Shown here one piece after another: positions 35,329 through 46,849 of a stretch of 64,000 nucleotides of DNA. The translations under genes and the position numbers were made by a program. The first letter of the stretch is position 1. Each line of letters starts with the position of its first letter. The notes beneath the pieces are model-generated. The model searched no databases. It was not told where the DNA came from and saw only the letters and a program-made list of their open reading frames with translations. Source of the DNA: Amphiscolops sp. MND2022 (Eukaryota); NCBI GenBank assembly GCA_964187785.1, contig OZ076409.1, positions 83,886,001 through 83,950,000 of the forward strand. The letters run 5' to 3'.

Positions 35329-36882
35329 ACCAAAACTTTCAAACATTTAGTATTATTTTGAACATGTAATATTGATTGATGAATTGTATTGTTATTTCTT
35401 ATGTAAAATACATTTGACAGCAAGCCATACTGACAGGCAGAAATGAAACGTGTTCAATTGTTTGCCTGTTCAGTATGGCTAGCTAAGCCGCCTATGGTCA
35501 ATTGGCCAATCAGAGTGCAGTTTGTAATAGCCATCTTATTACTTATTACGTAACTGTGCTAATAACTATTTAGAATGGACCAATGCGGCCAATTAACTTT
35601 GCCGGCCTTATTGTGCTCTGATGCAATACTTGAATGATATTCAGAAACTACAAATAGGACGAAAGCGGCTATGCGACATAGCCGTCCCTATTCACTGTAT
35701 TAATTGTCTTGGTGCTATACAGTAAATAAGGCCTATCACGGCCGGTTGGCACGATGAATACTCAAATGCTGTATACTTGCCATATGAAATTGGTATTCCA
35801 GTTAATTAGTGGTTTGAAGATGCAAACAACCCACCCCAAGCAATAGACAGATATATACACTGTTAACATGTAATTGTTGCTCTCTCATATTATGATGGGA
35901 CTGAATTAGAAAACCCCAACGGCCATAAGCCGAATAGGGCCTTCATGAATTGTTGAGCATGTAAACTGTTGCTTGCAAGAATTTTACCTGTAAACAATTT
36001 GACCCATATGTGGAAGAGACTTGTCGGGCCCTTTGATCTAGCCGCCCGCACAAGTCTAAAATGATGTCATGTTGCTATTAATAGTTTCACTGTTTCTATT
36101 TTTAGCTTGTGTGCTATTTTTAGTAACATGACTGACAAAATCTCAGATGTCATGCTAACTTGAGTATAAATACGCCCAAGTTGGCCGTAAGACTCAGTTG
36201 ATTTATGATACGGTTGATATTCAGTTACTCTTATGCGATTTGTACAAGAATCACTGTAAACCAAGTTCTATATTGTCCACAGGAACAATTCACATATTTA
36301 CTCCTGGATAAACATTTTCAATGCCTTCTACAAGGAGACAAAAGGCCAAGTCTAAGAAATCAAGAGAATTAGATATGTTGTCCGACTACGACAATATGGA
36401 CGTAATGTTAGGTGAGAGAAATTCTAACTCTATAGAAAGAGAGCTCGACAGTTTGATTAACGTCCCCGAGGGACAACGGGACTTTCAGTCCTTTCCGAAT
36501 AGAGAAAATTCATCTCAAGAGAACGAAATCAGATACATTGATAGTAGAAATGAACCAGTTAGGGAAAGTAGGCTAATTGAGTCTATCAATACACTATCTG
36601 GAGAAATGAATGCTAGAATGTCACGCGAGATGGAGGCTATGATGGACCTAATGCAATCGCAGATTAGCAGGGCCATTAGTTCTGCTATAAGCGAGAGCAT
36701 TATCCCAGAGATACAAAATATGGTAGAAAATTTGCCTTTGGGTCAACATAGCGTTGAGCCATGTACGTCCGCAGATGAGGACGGAATCAGAAATGTATGG
36801 AAGAACGCAAATACGAAATTAACGAAGAAGGATTCAAGGTCCGCCTGTGATCTGAGAGACCGCGTGGACGTTAGTCCTTACA
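35243..36882 (+). repeat. 3' LTR (1640 bp)
   Basis: Direct repeat of 21073-22711, followed by TSD TTGAC. Confidence 0.97.
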
Positions 36883-36944
36883 TTGACTATTATCAAGTCT
36901 TGTTCAAGGCAATTTTTAACAATTCACCTAAAAGCGTGAACTGA
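36321..36944 (+). pseudogene. LTR copy of the gag N-terminus reading out into flanking DNA
   Basis: Near-identical to the first 187 gag residues, then 20 flank-encoded residues (IDYYQVLF...). Confidence 0.9.
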
Positions 36945-37300
36945 TTCAACGTCTCTATTTCTCTATTTTTAATTCCCATTCATTCTAGTTGAATACAATT
37001 CAATATCTGTTTTGAAAAATGAATTTTCACTTATATACGTTTCAAAACGGTTTGACTGGGTACAGTTTCACATATCGTACTATAATACTGGGTGCTCAAA
37101 ATTTACTAAGAAGTGTATTAAAAAACATTTTCAATGATGCATCATTGGTTCTTAGTCCAACTGAATCAATATCTTCTTCAAAAGAAATGTTAGGACCCTT
37201 CAAACGACTTTCATTATGTGCAGGTTTGAGCTGATGAACATGGTTTCCGTTTGAATGCTATGCTAATCGCGATTGTGGCACATGTTTAAGAACCTACTTG

Positions 37301-37467
37301 AATGCAATTTTTATAATCCTAGCCACAGGCGGCTGCAAAACAGAAACGCTACCCGACACCCTACCCTTTAACTACAGGGTGACCGTCACCCTGTAGTTAA
37401 AGGGTAGGGTGTCGGGTAGCGTTTCTGTTTTGCAGCCGCCTGTGGCTAGGATTATAAAAATTGCATT
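37301..37467. repeat. Perfect 167-bp palindrome (83-bp arms, 1-nt spacer)
   Basis: 37301-37383 is the exact reverse complement of 37385-37467. Confidence 0.95.
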
Positions 37468-37559
37468 GGTGACCACAACCCATGGAAGGCCACAGTTGAG
37501 TATACGTGCACATTATAATTTCACAGTAACTCTGGAGTCTGATTCCTAAATTTTGCTAA

Positions 37560-38720
37560 TATTCAAAAGTTTCAGCATTGTATTCGCTTTGATCAGTTGG
37601 CACAACATATGAACGGGAAGGAAAGGCGTTCCAATAAAAGGTGTAGAAAGCCAGCATGATGGAAACATAGTTCATAATTATTTTCCGCCCATATTTCATA
37701 TGGGGAAGGAAAATTTTTAAATCAAACGGTTTTTTACAAAATTTGCCAAGCACCAAATTTATATTTAACTTTAAGGGTGTTACCCATAGAATTCGCCTCA
37801 CATAGATTTAGCTTCGTGCGATTTGTATTTATGGAGATTTCTCGACCTTTTCAGTTGAACCCCAAGGACCCCAGAATTACCCAAAAATTGTAAAAACTGC
37901 TAAAACTTCCAAATTTTTTTAGGTTTTAACGCAATTTCTGTCAATTTTTCCATAGATGTCGTGGATCAGAATGTTGAACAGGTTCAACAAGACAAGAATT
38001 TGTTGTCCAGTAGTCGTGTATGAAGAAATTCAATTTTTGGAAAGAAAAAGGCCCAAAAATGACAAAAAACCAAAACTTTCCTGATTTTTGATGGTTTCAT
38101 GCAAATTTTGTCAAAAACTTCAATAGACTTCGTTTGACTAGAATGTCAAAAATGCTCAACATGGCACTAATTCGTGTCCAGTAGGCTCTTCTGAAGAGTT
38201 TATTACAGTTTTTTATGTGAAAATGTCTCAAACTAACACCAAAAAAGACAAAAACCCTAAAATTTTTAATTTTCAAACATTTTTTGCATTTTTCACTAAT
38301 TTTCGACAGACTTCGTCAACTAGAACGTTGAAAAGAGCCAACATGGAAAGAATGTGTTGTCCAGTATGCTTATAAAAAAGATAAATGCAGTTTTTCAAAC
38401 GAAACTGTCCGGAATTGACATCGTAAAAGACATTGAAATAAGTTCCGATTTTCACTATTTTTGTTCAAATTTTGTCAAAACATTGATGATCTTCGTGGAC
38501 TAAAATGTTAAAACGCCTAAAGCATTGGCAAATTTGTTGTATCTGTGAGCTTTCGTCTAGAGATAAGTTCAATTTGTATAAGAAAACGCCCCAAATTAGG
38601 CCTGAAGTTTCAAAACGTTTGAAAATTTTGTCGTTTTGGATGCAATTTCTGTACATTTTCCACGAGATTTCGTTTCAAGTTCCAACACATTCAACTCAAC
38701 AACGAAAAAACTAGCTTTGA
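37560..38720. repeat. Inverted homologue of the 2600-4740 repeat
   Basis: Shared terminus described under 2600-4740; boundaries approximate. Confidence 0.6.
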
Positions 38721-39124
38721 ATTACATTTGTTTTGATGAGAACGTTGCAGCGTTTTGTTTCAACGTCTTCGTTTTTGAGCAACTTGCGTAGTTTTTGCAT
38801 CCTTTTGGTGCCAGAATGTTGGCAAACGTTCAGCAAAGAGTTAACTCATAATCCACGAGGCTTTTAAAGGAATATTCGCAGACTTCGTTTTGAAAATGTC
38901 TCAAAAATAACAGCAAAAAGTCGAAAATGTCGAAACTTTTGTCAATTTCCGACATTTTCAGGGAATTTTTATTTTTATTTGGTCGGTAAAATAAAATCTT
39001 CGAAAAGCTCCAGATGATAAATCTAGGTCCGAAGGACGTAATTCAAAGAAATGCCCAGTTTATGGTTGAAAGTGTTGTTGTCAAAATGCATCAAATATTG
39101 GAAAAGCTGAGAATTTTCAAGTTT

Positions 39125-39538
39125 TTGGCTCTTTTCTGTTTTCCCCCCACCATCAAAAAATTTTTTGGAAAATTAGTGAAAATCTTATAACAAATAGACT
39201 TGGATACAAACAAGAAAGCTTCAGTTTTAAATTTATTCTAAGGGTGATAGTTTAGGATGCAGATACAAACTTTGTTCACACTTTTTCCCTATGTATTTAC
39301 GTATTTTTGATGAAGAAATCAACAGCTTCCTGTTTTGAGTCATCAATAAACACTTGATACGAACATAATCATAGTGAAAATGTGTGAACAATGTTTTGTT
39401 CAAGCGGAAAACTACTCTAATAGAAGTTAACTTCCTGTTATGAAAGAAGGTTTTACTTTTAATAAGGTTAGTCTAATGTTTTTAAGGAAAAAAATTTTCA
39501 AAAATTTTGATGGTGGGGGGAAAACAGAAAAGAGCCAA
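39125..39538. mobile_element. MITE-like element with ~50-bp TIRs
   Basis: TTGGCTCTTTTCTGTTTTCCCCCCACCATCAAAA versus TTTTGATGGTGGGGGAAAACAGAAAAGAGCCAA; GTTT on both flanks. Confidence 0.6.
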
Positions 39539-39633
39539 GTTTTTTTCTACAATTTTAGGCAGTTTTCTGTACAAGTTTTGTGCTACTTCCTTGCATAAAA
39601 CGGTTTAAAAACTCGACAATGACGAATCCAGTA

Positions 39634-39800
39634 GGCAATGTTGAAAAGATAATTGCATTTTTTGTTGGAATTGGCTTAAAAACACTCAAAAATCAATGAA
39701 TTAATAAAAAAGCACGTTGTTTGACAAAATAATCCCATTGATTTTTGGGTGTTTTTAAGCCAATTCCAACAAAAAATTCAATTATCTTTTAAACATTGCC
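39634..39800. repeat. Inverted repeat, 65-bp arms, 37-nt spacer
   Basis: GGCAATGTTGAAAAGATAATT...CAATG versus CATTG...ATTATCTTTTAAACATTGCC, 3 mismatches. Confidence 0.85.
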
Positions 39801-40949
39801 AAAGTAGGACAGTATTAGAGACCGTAGTAAGCCTGAACAAAAAAAGGTAAACGACGCGTCAGATTTCCTCTGTCATTACGTGAGTGATAGTCCTGATCAA
39901 TCAAGGAAAAGACGTTGCCATGGGCTAGAAGAACTTCTACAAGTAAACAAACTGGTATAGATTGTCAGAAAAACTCCCTCAGCTACGCTGGGAAGGGTAT
40001 TTGCCTGCGAAAATACATATTGAGCATCCTCCCACTTTGCGCATGGTCTGCATCATCATCGGCGTGAGAGGGCATGAAAGAATCAGTTCATTAACACATC
40101 TTCAACAAAACAGCAACCCTGGAAATGTCAGAGTTATTTCAACTCGATATAAAATGATGTCAGAACAATGTCAAAAGAAGGCAAAAAAAACACTTAATAA
40201 AATGGCGCTTTCAAAACGTAAACTCAGAAATGAAAGAATGAAGCGACAACAGCCAACCAAATGCAAGAACGTTTCCTTGGAACGGAAACTACTTCATGTC
40301 ATTGCGATGCAATGAGGAAAATAAACCAGCCGCCTACTGACTGAATTCAATGAAGGAAAAGATAGAAATCGCTAAAATTGTCCACCCTTGCGAACCTAAG
40401 ATAATCATAGGAATATCGTCAATCCCGCACACCAAAACAAAGGTTGTAAGAAGAAGAGAAACTTTCAATCTGTCTTACATATCGCTAGACAAAACCAGGA
40501 GAATTAACGAGGACACTGAAAGAGAGTGGGAACAGTTTTACTTCGCTGATATCAGATAAATAAAAAAACATCAGCTCAATTTTCAATTTCTCAGCCAAGG
40601 AAAAAGTGATAAAGTATTGATGGTGTATAACGAACTCCTGTTGTCACCAAATTTATCAGCTGACCGGATTGTCATAATTGAAGGAATCTATCATTGGAAA
40701 AATCATTCCAGCCTTATTACGGCTTAACACCGAGAAAGTTGCTGAAGTACCTGCCAAGCGAGAATAACGTCTAAGGAAGAACGTCTGATTACGAGAACGA
40801 TATTAACGTCTAAAAGTAAATCATTTTTTGGGAAGAACGTCTAAAGTTTTCGACGTTATTCCACTTTTTATACGTTTTTCCTGCTTCACAAATCAGTTTT
40901 GGAAACAAATCAATTTTTGAACTTTTTCTGGACCAAATGACTGATATTG

Positions 40950-42600
40950 AAACACCAGATGGACGTGGCAGGGTACCAGTTTCAGTGCCGGGTACAGACA
41001 GAGCACATCAAGCAGTCACTGCCCATTGTCCAGCCTCTTGCAAGTCACGGATGATTGCGTTCCACTGGCACCTGTCTTTTTCCGCGTCGCTGATGATCGA
41101 GAACCATTTTGAGTCCCAGACTTCCTTTTTCCATTTCACGGGTTTGAGGATGGAGCTGAGGTCCGATTTGACTAGATCTCGAAAGGTCCACTTCATGCAT
41201 TCCCGGGGCGTTTCCAGTCGGGTCACTTTAAAAACTCTAGGGCGGAGTTTGGCAGAGTAGTGCCAGAGGCAGACAAATGATTTCAGTCTACGCTTCTGAA
41301 TGGTGGTGGAGACGCTGCTATCGGGTTTAGAAAATTCACGGAAGTCAGATGACTTGAGAGGGCGACTTGGGCGGAGGGTGGATCTGAAGCATCTGATCTC
41401 AAAACTGTTCATTTTTAATCAGAGGTTTTGAGGGGCGACGTTCCACAGCAATACAATACGTAGCTCCGGGTGCAAGGGTGGTAAAGTTTGGATTCATGGT
41501 TGAAGTATCGCAACTTCTTACCAGCCTTCTTATCGAGCCGGCAGACTTTGTGCAAAGGAGTTTAATTTCATTTGAGATGTCGCAATTTAGCTGTATCGAT
41601 GAGCCGAGGTACGTGTATTTTTCAACTCTTTCCAGTTGTTCGCTCGAGCAAGTCATATCGATGTTGGGGTCGGGTGAACGGAAATGGGTCGAAAGAAATG
41701 GGTCGAATCGGCCTCCTGTGCCATGGGTCGAATCTTCACCGTTTCGGAATTGGGTCGAATGGACTTGGGTCGACCTTGAAAAATGCCAAGTTCTAGGGAG
41801 ACAACATATTGATTACGACCCAATTCCATTCGATCCAATTCGACCTCAGTCAATTCGACCTAAGTTATTCGACCAAAAGGATCGACCTAAATCTTTTCGA
41901 CCTATTTCATTCGACCCATTTCATGCAATCCGTTGGGGTCAATGAAGCAGAATTAGGTCATTGACCCATTGAACTCCAAGCAGACATTTTTGGTTGCATG
42001 GAAAACACTAACGAGGAGGCGTTAAGCATCTTCGTCTTTGTCTTCCAGAAGACAGATATCATTGGCGAAATCAAGGTCCGGCACGTACGTATCGTCTGCA
42101 TTAATATCATGCAATGGGCGTTTTGCATGATCGAATCAATTGCCAGGTTAAAACGAAATGGGTTGATAATTGAGCCCTTGCGTACTCTGATCGGTATTTC
42201 AAACTCACGTGAGATGTTGTTATTCACATGACTTTGCTGATTGATTTTGCGTGGATGGTACTTCGGTTGTTAATGATGATGGGGTCACGGGCGAAGTTCG
42301 ACAGTATGGTCCAGAAAACTTCTCGATTAACGCTGTCGAATGCCGCTTTAAAGTCGATAAGGATTTGGACGGTCCATCAACTGAATTGATATCGTAATCT
42401 GTGTTTTGTGTGCACTTAGAAGTTTCTTGTCCAGATTTTACAGGGCTCGGCACATCTCAAAACTCCTCTTTTACCAGGAGTTGTGACCGGCAGGTAGCTC
42501 CTATGAAACCTACAAAGATATCGTTGGAGTTTTCCTGGCGAAGTTGTGGCAGGGGTACCAATGTCTACGTTTTCAGATGGTATTCCCCTATTTGAAATTT
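40950..42600 (-). mobile_element. Decayed non-LTR retrotransposon RT region
   Basis: Minus-strand fragments VRKGSIINPFRFNLAID, D-D-like region, LERVEKYTYLGS and LVKSDL...W; frameshifted. Confidence 0.8.
41672..41931. mobile_element. Mutator-like foldback MITE inserted in the LINE
   Basis: GGGTCGAA/TTCGACCC repeat arms; exact 9-bp TSD GTTGGGGTC at 41663-41671 and 41932-41940. Confidence 0.85.
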
Positions 42601-42949
42601 TAAATGCTGAAACAGTCTTCCCCCGCATCATAACTCACGTATTTTTAGAAGGAAAAAGGAATACGATCTCACGAAGAAATTCTGAAATGATGACATCTAA
42701 AAGTTGACATGCTCAACTTCGAAAAGCAAATTCAGATCCAAATTTGACTTGTATAAGATCTAGGAGACACTCTGCCTAATGCCATTATGCCTAACTTCTT
42801 CACCTAATATCGGGCATATGCTGTGTTTTGTGTACAAGCTACCCTCACCGTCGCAAAGTTCATGAGGGCACTGGTCGACATGGGGACATTTCCGAAACAC
42901 TTCCTATACTTCAAATCACGTAATAGTTCCAGATCTCAGTTTACTTGAT

Positions 42950-43830
42950 TTTTTGCCAAATTTAGAAACCATTCCCCAACATGATGACACACGTGCCACT
43001 CGATTGATGACGAAGATTTATGATTTCTGTTAGTGGAAAAGAATTAACTCGGAAAAACAATATTTATGAAGGTGTCAAATCTCTAAGGAGCTGGAAGGAT
43101 CAAAGTTTTAAGTCCAGATTGACCTTTCATCTGTCTATTACCAAGTATCAATGCAGCGCAAAAAACTTTTGTCATCAACACAACGCTTGGTCTCTTCAAG
43201 ATACTCCGACTATTTCTAGGAATGCAAACAATCGAGAACTTTCTCAAACGATTGGTTGGACGTTTTTTGTTTTCAGGACGACTTCTTGTTACACGGATGA
43301 ACAAAAAGTCATTGAAAGAAGTGTTGCAGGGCAGTTCGTGATCGCCTGAAAAATATGGGATTCTCCAATAATGAAATCAAGTCTAGAAATATCTGGAAAA
43401 AACCCTGTTTGACAGTTTCACAATCTCAGGAAGCGGGACTGACCCCAATGATCGCCATTTCAATAAAGTCAAAAAAAACTATCTTCCCAAATTGTTGAAG
43501 GAATTGAACAGCTTTGTGGCTTTTAGGGCCGGTTCTTTCAGAACTTCACTTCGAAAGTAGCCTAAATATCTGATCTAAGAAGAGGTCGGAGGTTGAGTTC
43601 CAGAGGAGTGAAAAATTGTCAACGTGCATTCGAAAGGTTGAAGTCTCAGTTATCATCGAAACATGTTGTTCAGCCCGACGTTCTGAAAAAAAGTTGCGAT
43701 CACAACTGATGCGTCTGAGAAAGGTGTTAGCGAATCCAATATCCGGAAAGGCACCTTGTATTTTTTGGATCAAAGACTTTTTTTCAAGCTGAGCAAATGT
43801 AACGGCAAGCGCTAAGCTTTTGTCACGCAA
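42950..43830 (+). mobile_element. Highly degenerate Gypsy RT-RNase H relic
   Basis: Fragments DLSSVYYQ, DD, CQRAFERLKSQLSS..V.QPD and AITTDASE. Confidence 0.65.
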
Positions 43831-44247
43831 CAATAGGGTGGAGGAACTGATACAAAGGATATGGTCCGGGCCAAACCACCATGACACCAGCATAGTTTAC
43901 CTCTCAGGGTTGCCGGTCCCGAGAAGAGGGAACAGTCTTGAAGGATGCTCTCCAGCCTGAGTCCAGTCTGTAATTCCTGAGAATAACGGGCATCTTTCTC
44001 GGACCTTCGCCTCGGACCACCGTTTGGACAGCTTTCAAAATCAATGCCAAGAATAAACAGTGTAAATTTAGTTCTTCAGCGTGATATGGGAAAAACTTCT
44101 AAAACTTGTTATAGTTTCCAAAGTTGCCAAAACTAGCTTTCCGGCTATCAAATACAGCTAAAACCAGCGACAATAGATGAAAGCTTGCATGAATCAGGCA
44201 GACCACACAGCTACAAGCTGGGGCGCAGGGGCTTCAAGTACCCAAAA

Positions 44248-44691
44248 GGGGTCTTTAGACAAAAAGACATTTCTCCGGTTCTAGCTAATTAAAGTAGCAT
44301 AATGCTGAAAGAAATAAAAACCGTGATTAGCACCTCAAAAAAGTCTTTTTGAATGTTCTCTAAGGTCTCAGGCTATCTCGTTCTTCATGTTCCCGCTCGG
44401 TCTGCTCTCGTCTTCGTTTTGCATTGAAAATGGCACAAACAGCGAAAAGAGCAATCACATGTTCACTGCCACGTCACATTGAATTAGAGTGTTTGACAAA
44501 TCTTCTGAACATGTCAAAATTGCAAAATCGGCTGTAACATAGGGTGCCGTTACCAAAGCTACTTTAACATAAGCTTTTTAGACGGTATTCGATTTTTAGT
44601 CGTTGCCCTTTCTTTTGAACGTTCGTTCACTATTCGTCTCTGTGAATTAGCGTGACGATCAACGAGCTGGCAGCTTTTCGAAGCAACGGAT
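44248..44691. repeat. ~445-bp direct repeat, copy 1
   Basis: Aligns along its length with 46196-46642 (GGGGTCTTT...GAAGCAACGGAT), with scattered substitutions. Confidence 0.85.
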
Positions 44692-45049
44692 CTTAATGGT
44701 TATTGAGATCGGCAATGCGGCCTGTGTTCTAAGGAACTGTAAGCGACAGAGATGCGTTTGAAGAAAATATATCATAATAATTTTACACCTGTTTATCGTC
44801 ACAGCTTTTTTAGTCGACGCATTTAACTTTAAGGGAAAAAACCTGACTATTACAAAGACAAGATTTGTTCTCGTCTAATGAATGTAGAATGTATGAAATC
44901 GTCCCACGCAAATTTCAAAAACTGTGTTTTGTTCCCGTCCTTGTAAAAACTTGTTCTCAACAAGCGTCCAACGGATTACTTAATGGAAAATCAACTGATC
45001 GACCACAAGTATGAAGACTTTCTCGCGAACAGAAATACCACGAGATGAC

Positions 45050-46160
45050 GGTTCAGATTAAACATTGAACATAAAAATGTGAAAAGGCAGAAAAAAAATG
45101 CAGCCTTGATAAATAAGGACTTGAAAAAAGCTTTCGACAGTGTGTCAAAATGGCATCCTACTAAAGCCACGGACTGCTGCTATGCGGGTCTACCACTTTT
45201 TTATCATTGCGACATACCTTAACAATAGACTTCTGCGAACAACAACTGATGGCTGCTACAGTCAAGCCTTCACCCCGAAACAAGGTTTTCCACAGGTGAG
45301 TGTGATTTCACCAATACTGTTCATTTTTTACATTGCCGACATGCCCGAAACATGGTGTGGAGTGAAGTTCAAGTATGCTGACGACTCTCAGGTCCTTGTA
45401 ACGGCAGCTAACCAGAAAATTATTCAGCACATCATTCGAAGGTCTCTAACATCTGTACAACAATGATGCCGCCTGTGGCGTCTGCAAATTAATGGGTCCA
45501 AGACCGATATTTGTACTCATTAACTGTAAAGCGCAATGACTGCAATCTTTCTATCTCGACAATGAGAATTGTAAATTTTGGAGCAACAACAAAAGTCTTG
45601 GAGTTATCGTTGACGAAAAAATGACTTTCGGACAACATACCGAATCCGCTGTCGGAAGAGCAAAATGAAATAGAAAGAGCTTCGACTGTATTGCACGAAA
45701 AAGTGGGGTTTATCTAGGCGGACCTCAATCACTCTGTTCAAAAAATAATCCCCCCTCTAGTTCTTTACTGCGCTCCTGTATGGACACTGGCTAACTACAC
45801 CAGACTCAACTGTTTCCAGGGCTTCATTTCATAAAACATTTTTGGGGTCAAGTCACATTCCGAACACCAAAGCTGCGGAAGTTCTCGGGCTACCAACAAT
45901 CGACATATTATGTAAAAACACATCCGCCAAGTTCATGAATAAAACACTGGCATCAACAGACAAACTGCAACGAATGATACTGGAGAACCAGCAACGCCTC
46001 AAGTTTGTAACAACTCACTGTAACTGTTTGAAGCATTTTTACAACAATAGGAATCTCAAACTGACTGACTCTCTGTCTTACACAGTCACAACTAGTCGAA
46101 TTCATAATCTCAGAAGATGGAATGACCGATGGAACTACATGGATTTTGATACTTAATTTA
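45050..46160 (+). mobile_element. Decayed non-LTR RT 3' fragment
   Basis: DLKKAFDSV, GFPQVSVISPILF, KYADD and LGLPTID motifs, with stops and frameshifts. Confidence 0.8.
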
Positions 46161-46195
46161 AGAATCTTGTCCCCAGAGTAGAGATGGATCCAACA

Positions 46196-46642
46196 GGGGT
46201 CTTTAAACAAAAAGACATTTCTCCGGTTCTAGATAAATTAAGTAGCATAATGCTGAAATCAATAAAAACCGGGATTAGCACCTCAAACAGAGTCTTATTT
46301 GAAAGTTCTCTAAGGTCTTAGGCTATCTCGTTCTTCATTTTCCCGCTCGGTCTGCTCTCGTCTTCGTTTTGCCTTGAAAATAGCGCAAACAGCAAAAAGA
46401 GCCATCACCTGCTCAGTGTCACGCCAAATAAAATTAGAAAACTCGACAAATCTTCTGAACATGTCAAAACTGCAAAGTCGGCTGTAACATAGGGTGCCGT
46501 TAAAAAACCTACTTTACCATTAGACGTTTTAGACGGTATTCCATTTTTAGACGTTGCCCTTTCTTTTGAACGTTCGTTCATTGACCGTCTCTGTTAATTA
46601 GCGAGACGATCAATGCGCTGGCAGCTTTTCGAAGCAACGGAT
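46196..46642. repeat. ~445-bp direct repeat, copy 2
   Basis: See copy 1. Confidence 0.85.
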
Positions 46643-46849
46643 TGGAACGTTTACTTGATAACTGTCCTAGAGAGAAAGAGAGAGAGACAGCACTATACTA
46701 TTGTAAGGGGATGGCTGACAGCTTACTGTACAATAAGTGTAAATGACTTATGCAAGCATAAGTGGTATTCTCGAATTTCAACAGCAATTTTGAGAGAGAA
46801 AGACACAGGTTTATATGAAGCGGAAATCACGTCTGGTACTAGCACCTTG

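Larger units (their letters stand above)
21073..36882 (+). mobile_element. Full-length Ty3/Gypsy LTR retrotransposon, 15810 bp, with accessory genes
   Basis: Direct terminal repeats starting TGT and ending ACA; TSD TTGAC at 21068-21072 and 36883-36887; PBS; PPT; gag CCHC knuckles; PR-RT-RH-IN domain order. Confidence 0.97.

Noticed and set aside
21073-36882. DIRS/tyrosine-recombinase element or simple segmental duplication, suggested by ORFs overlapping the repeats
   Set aside because: DDE integrase, TG..CA termini, 5-bp TSD, PBS and PPT all indicate a true LTR element.
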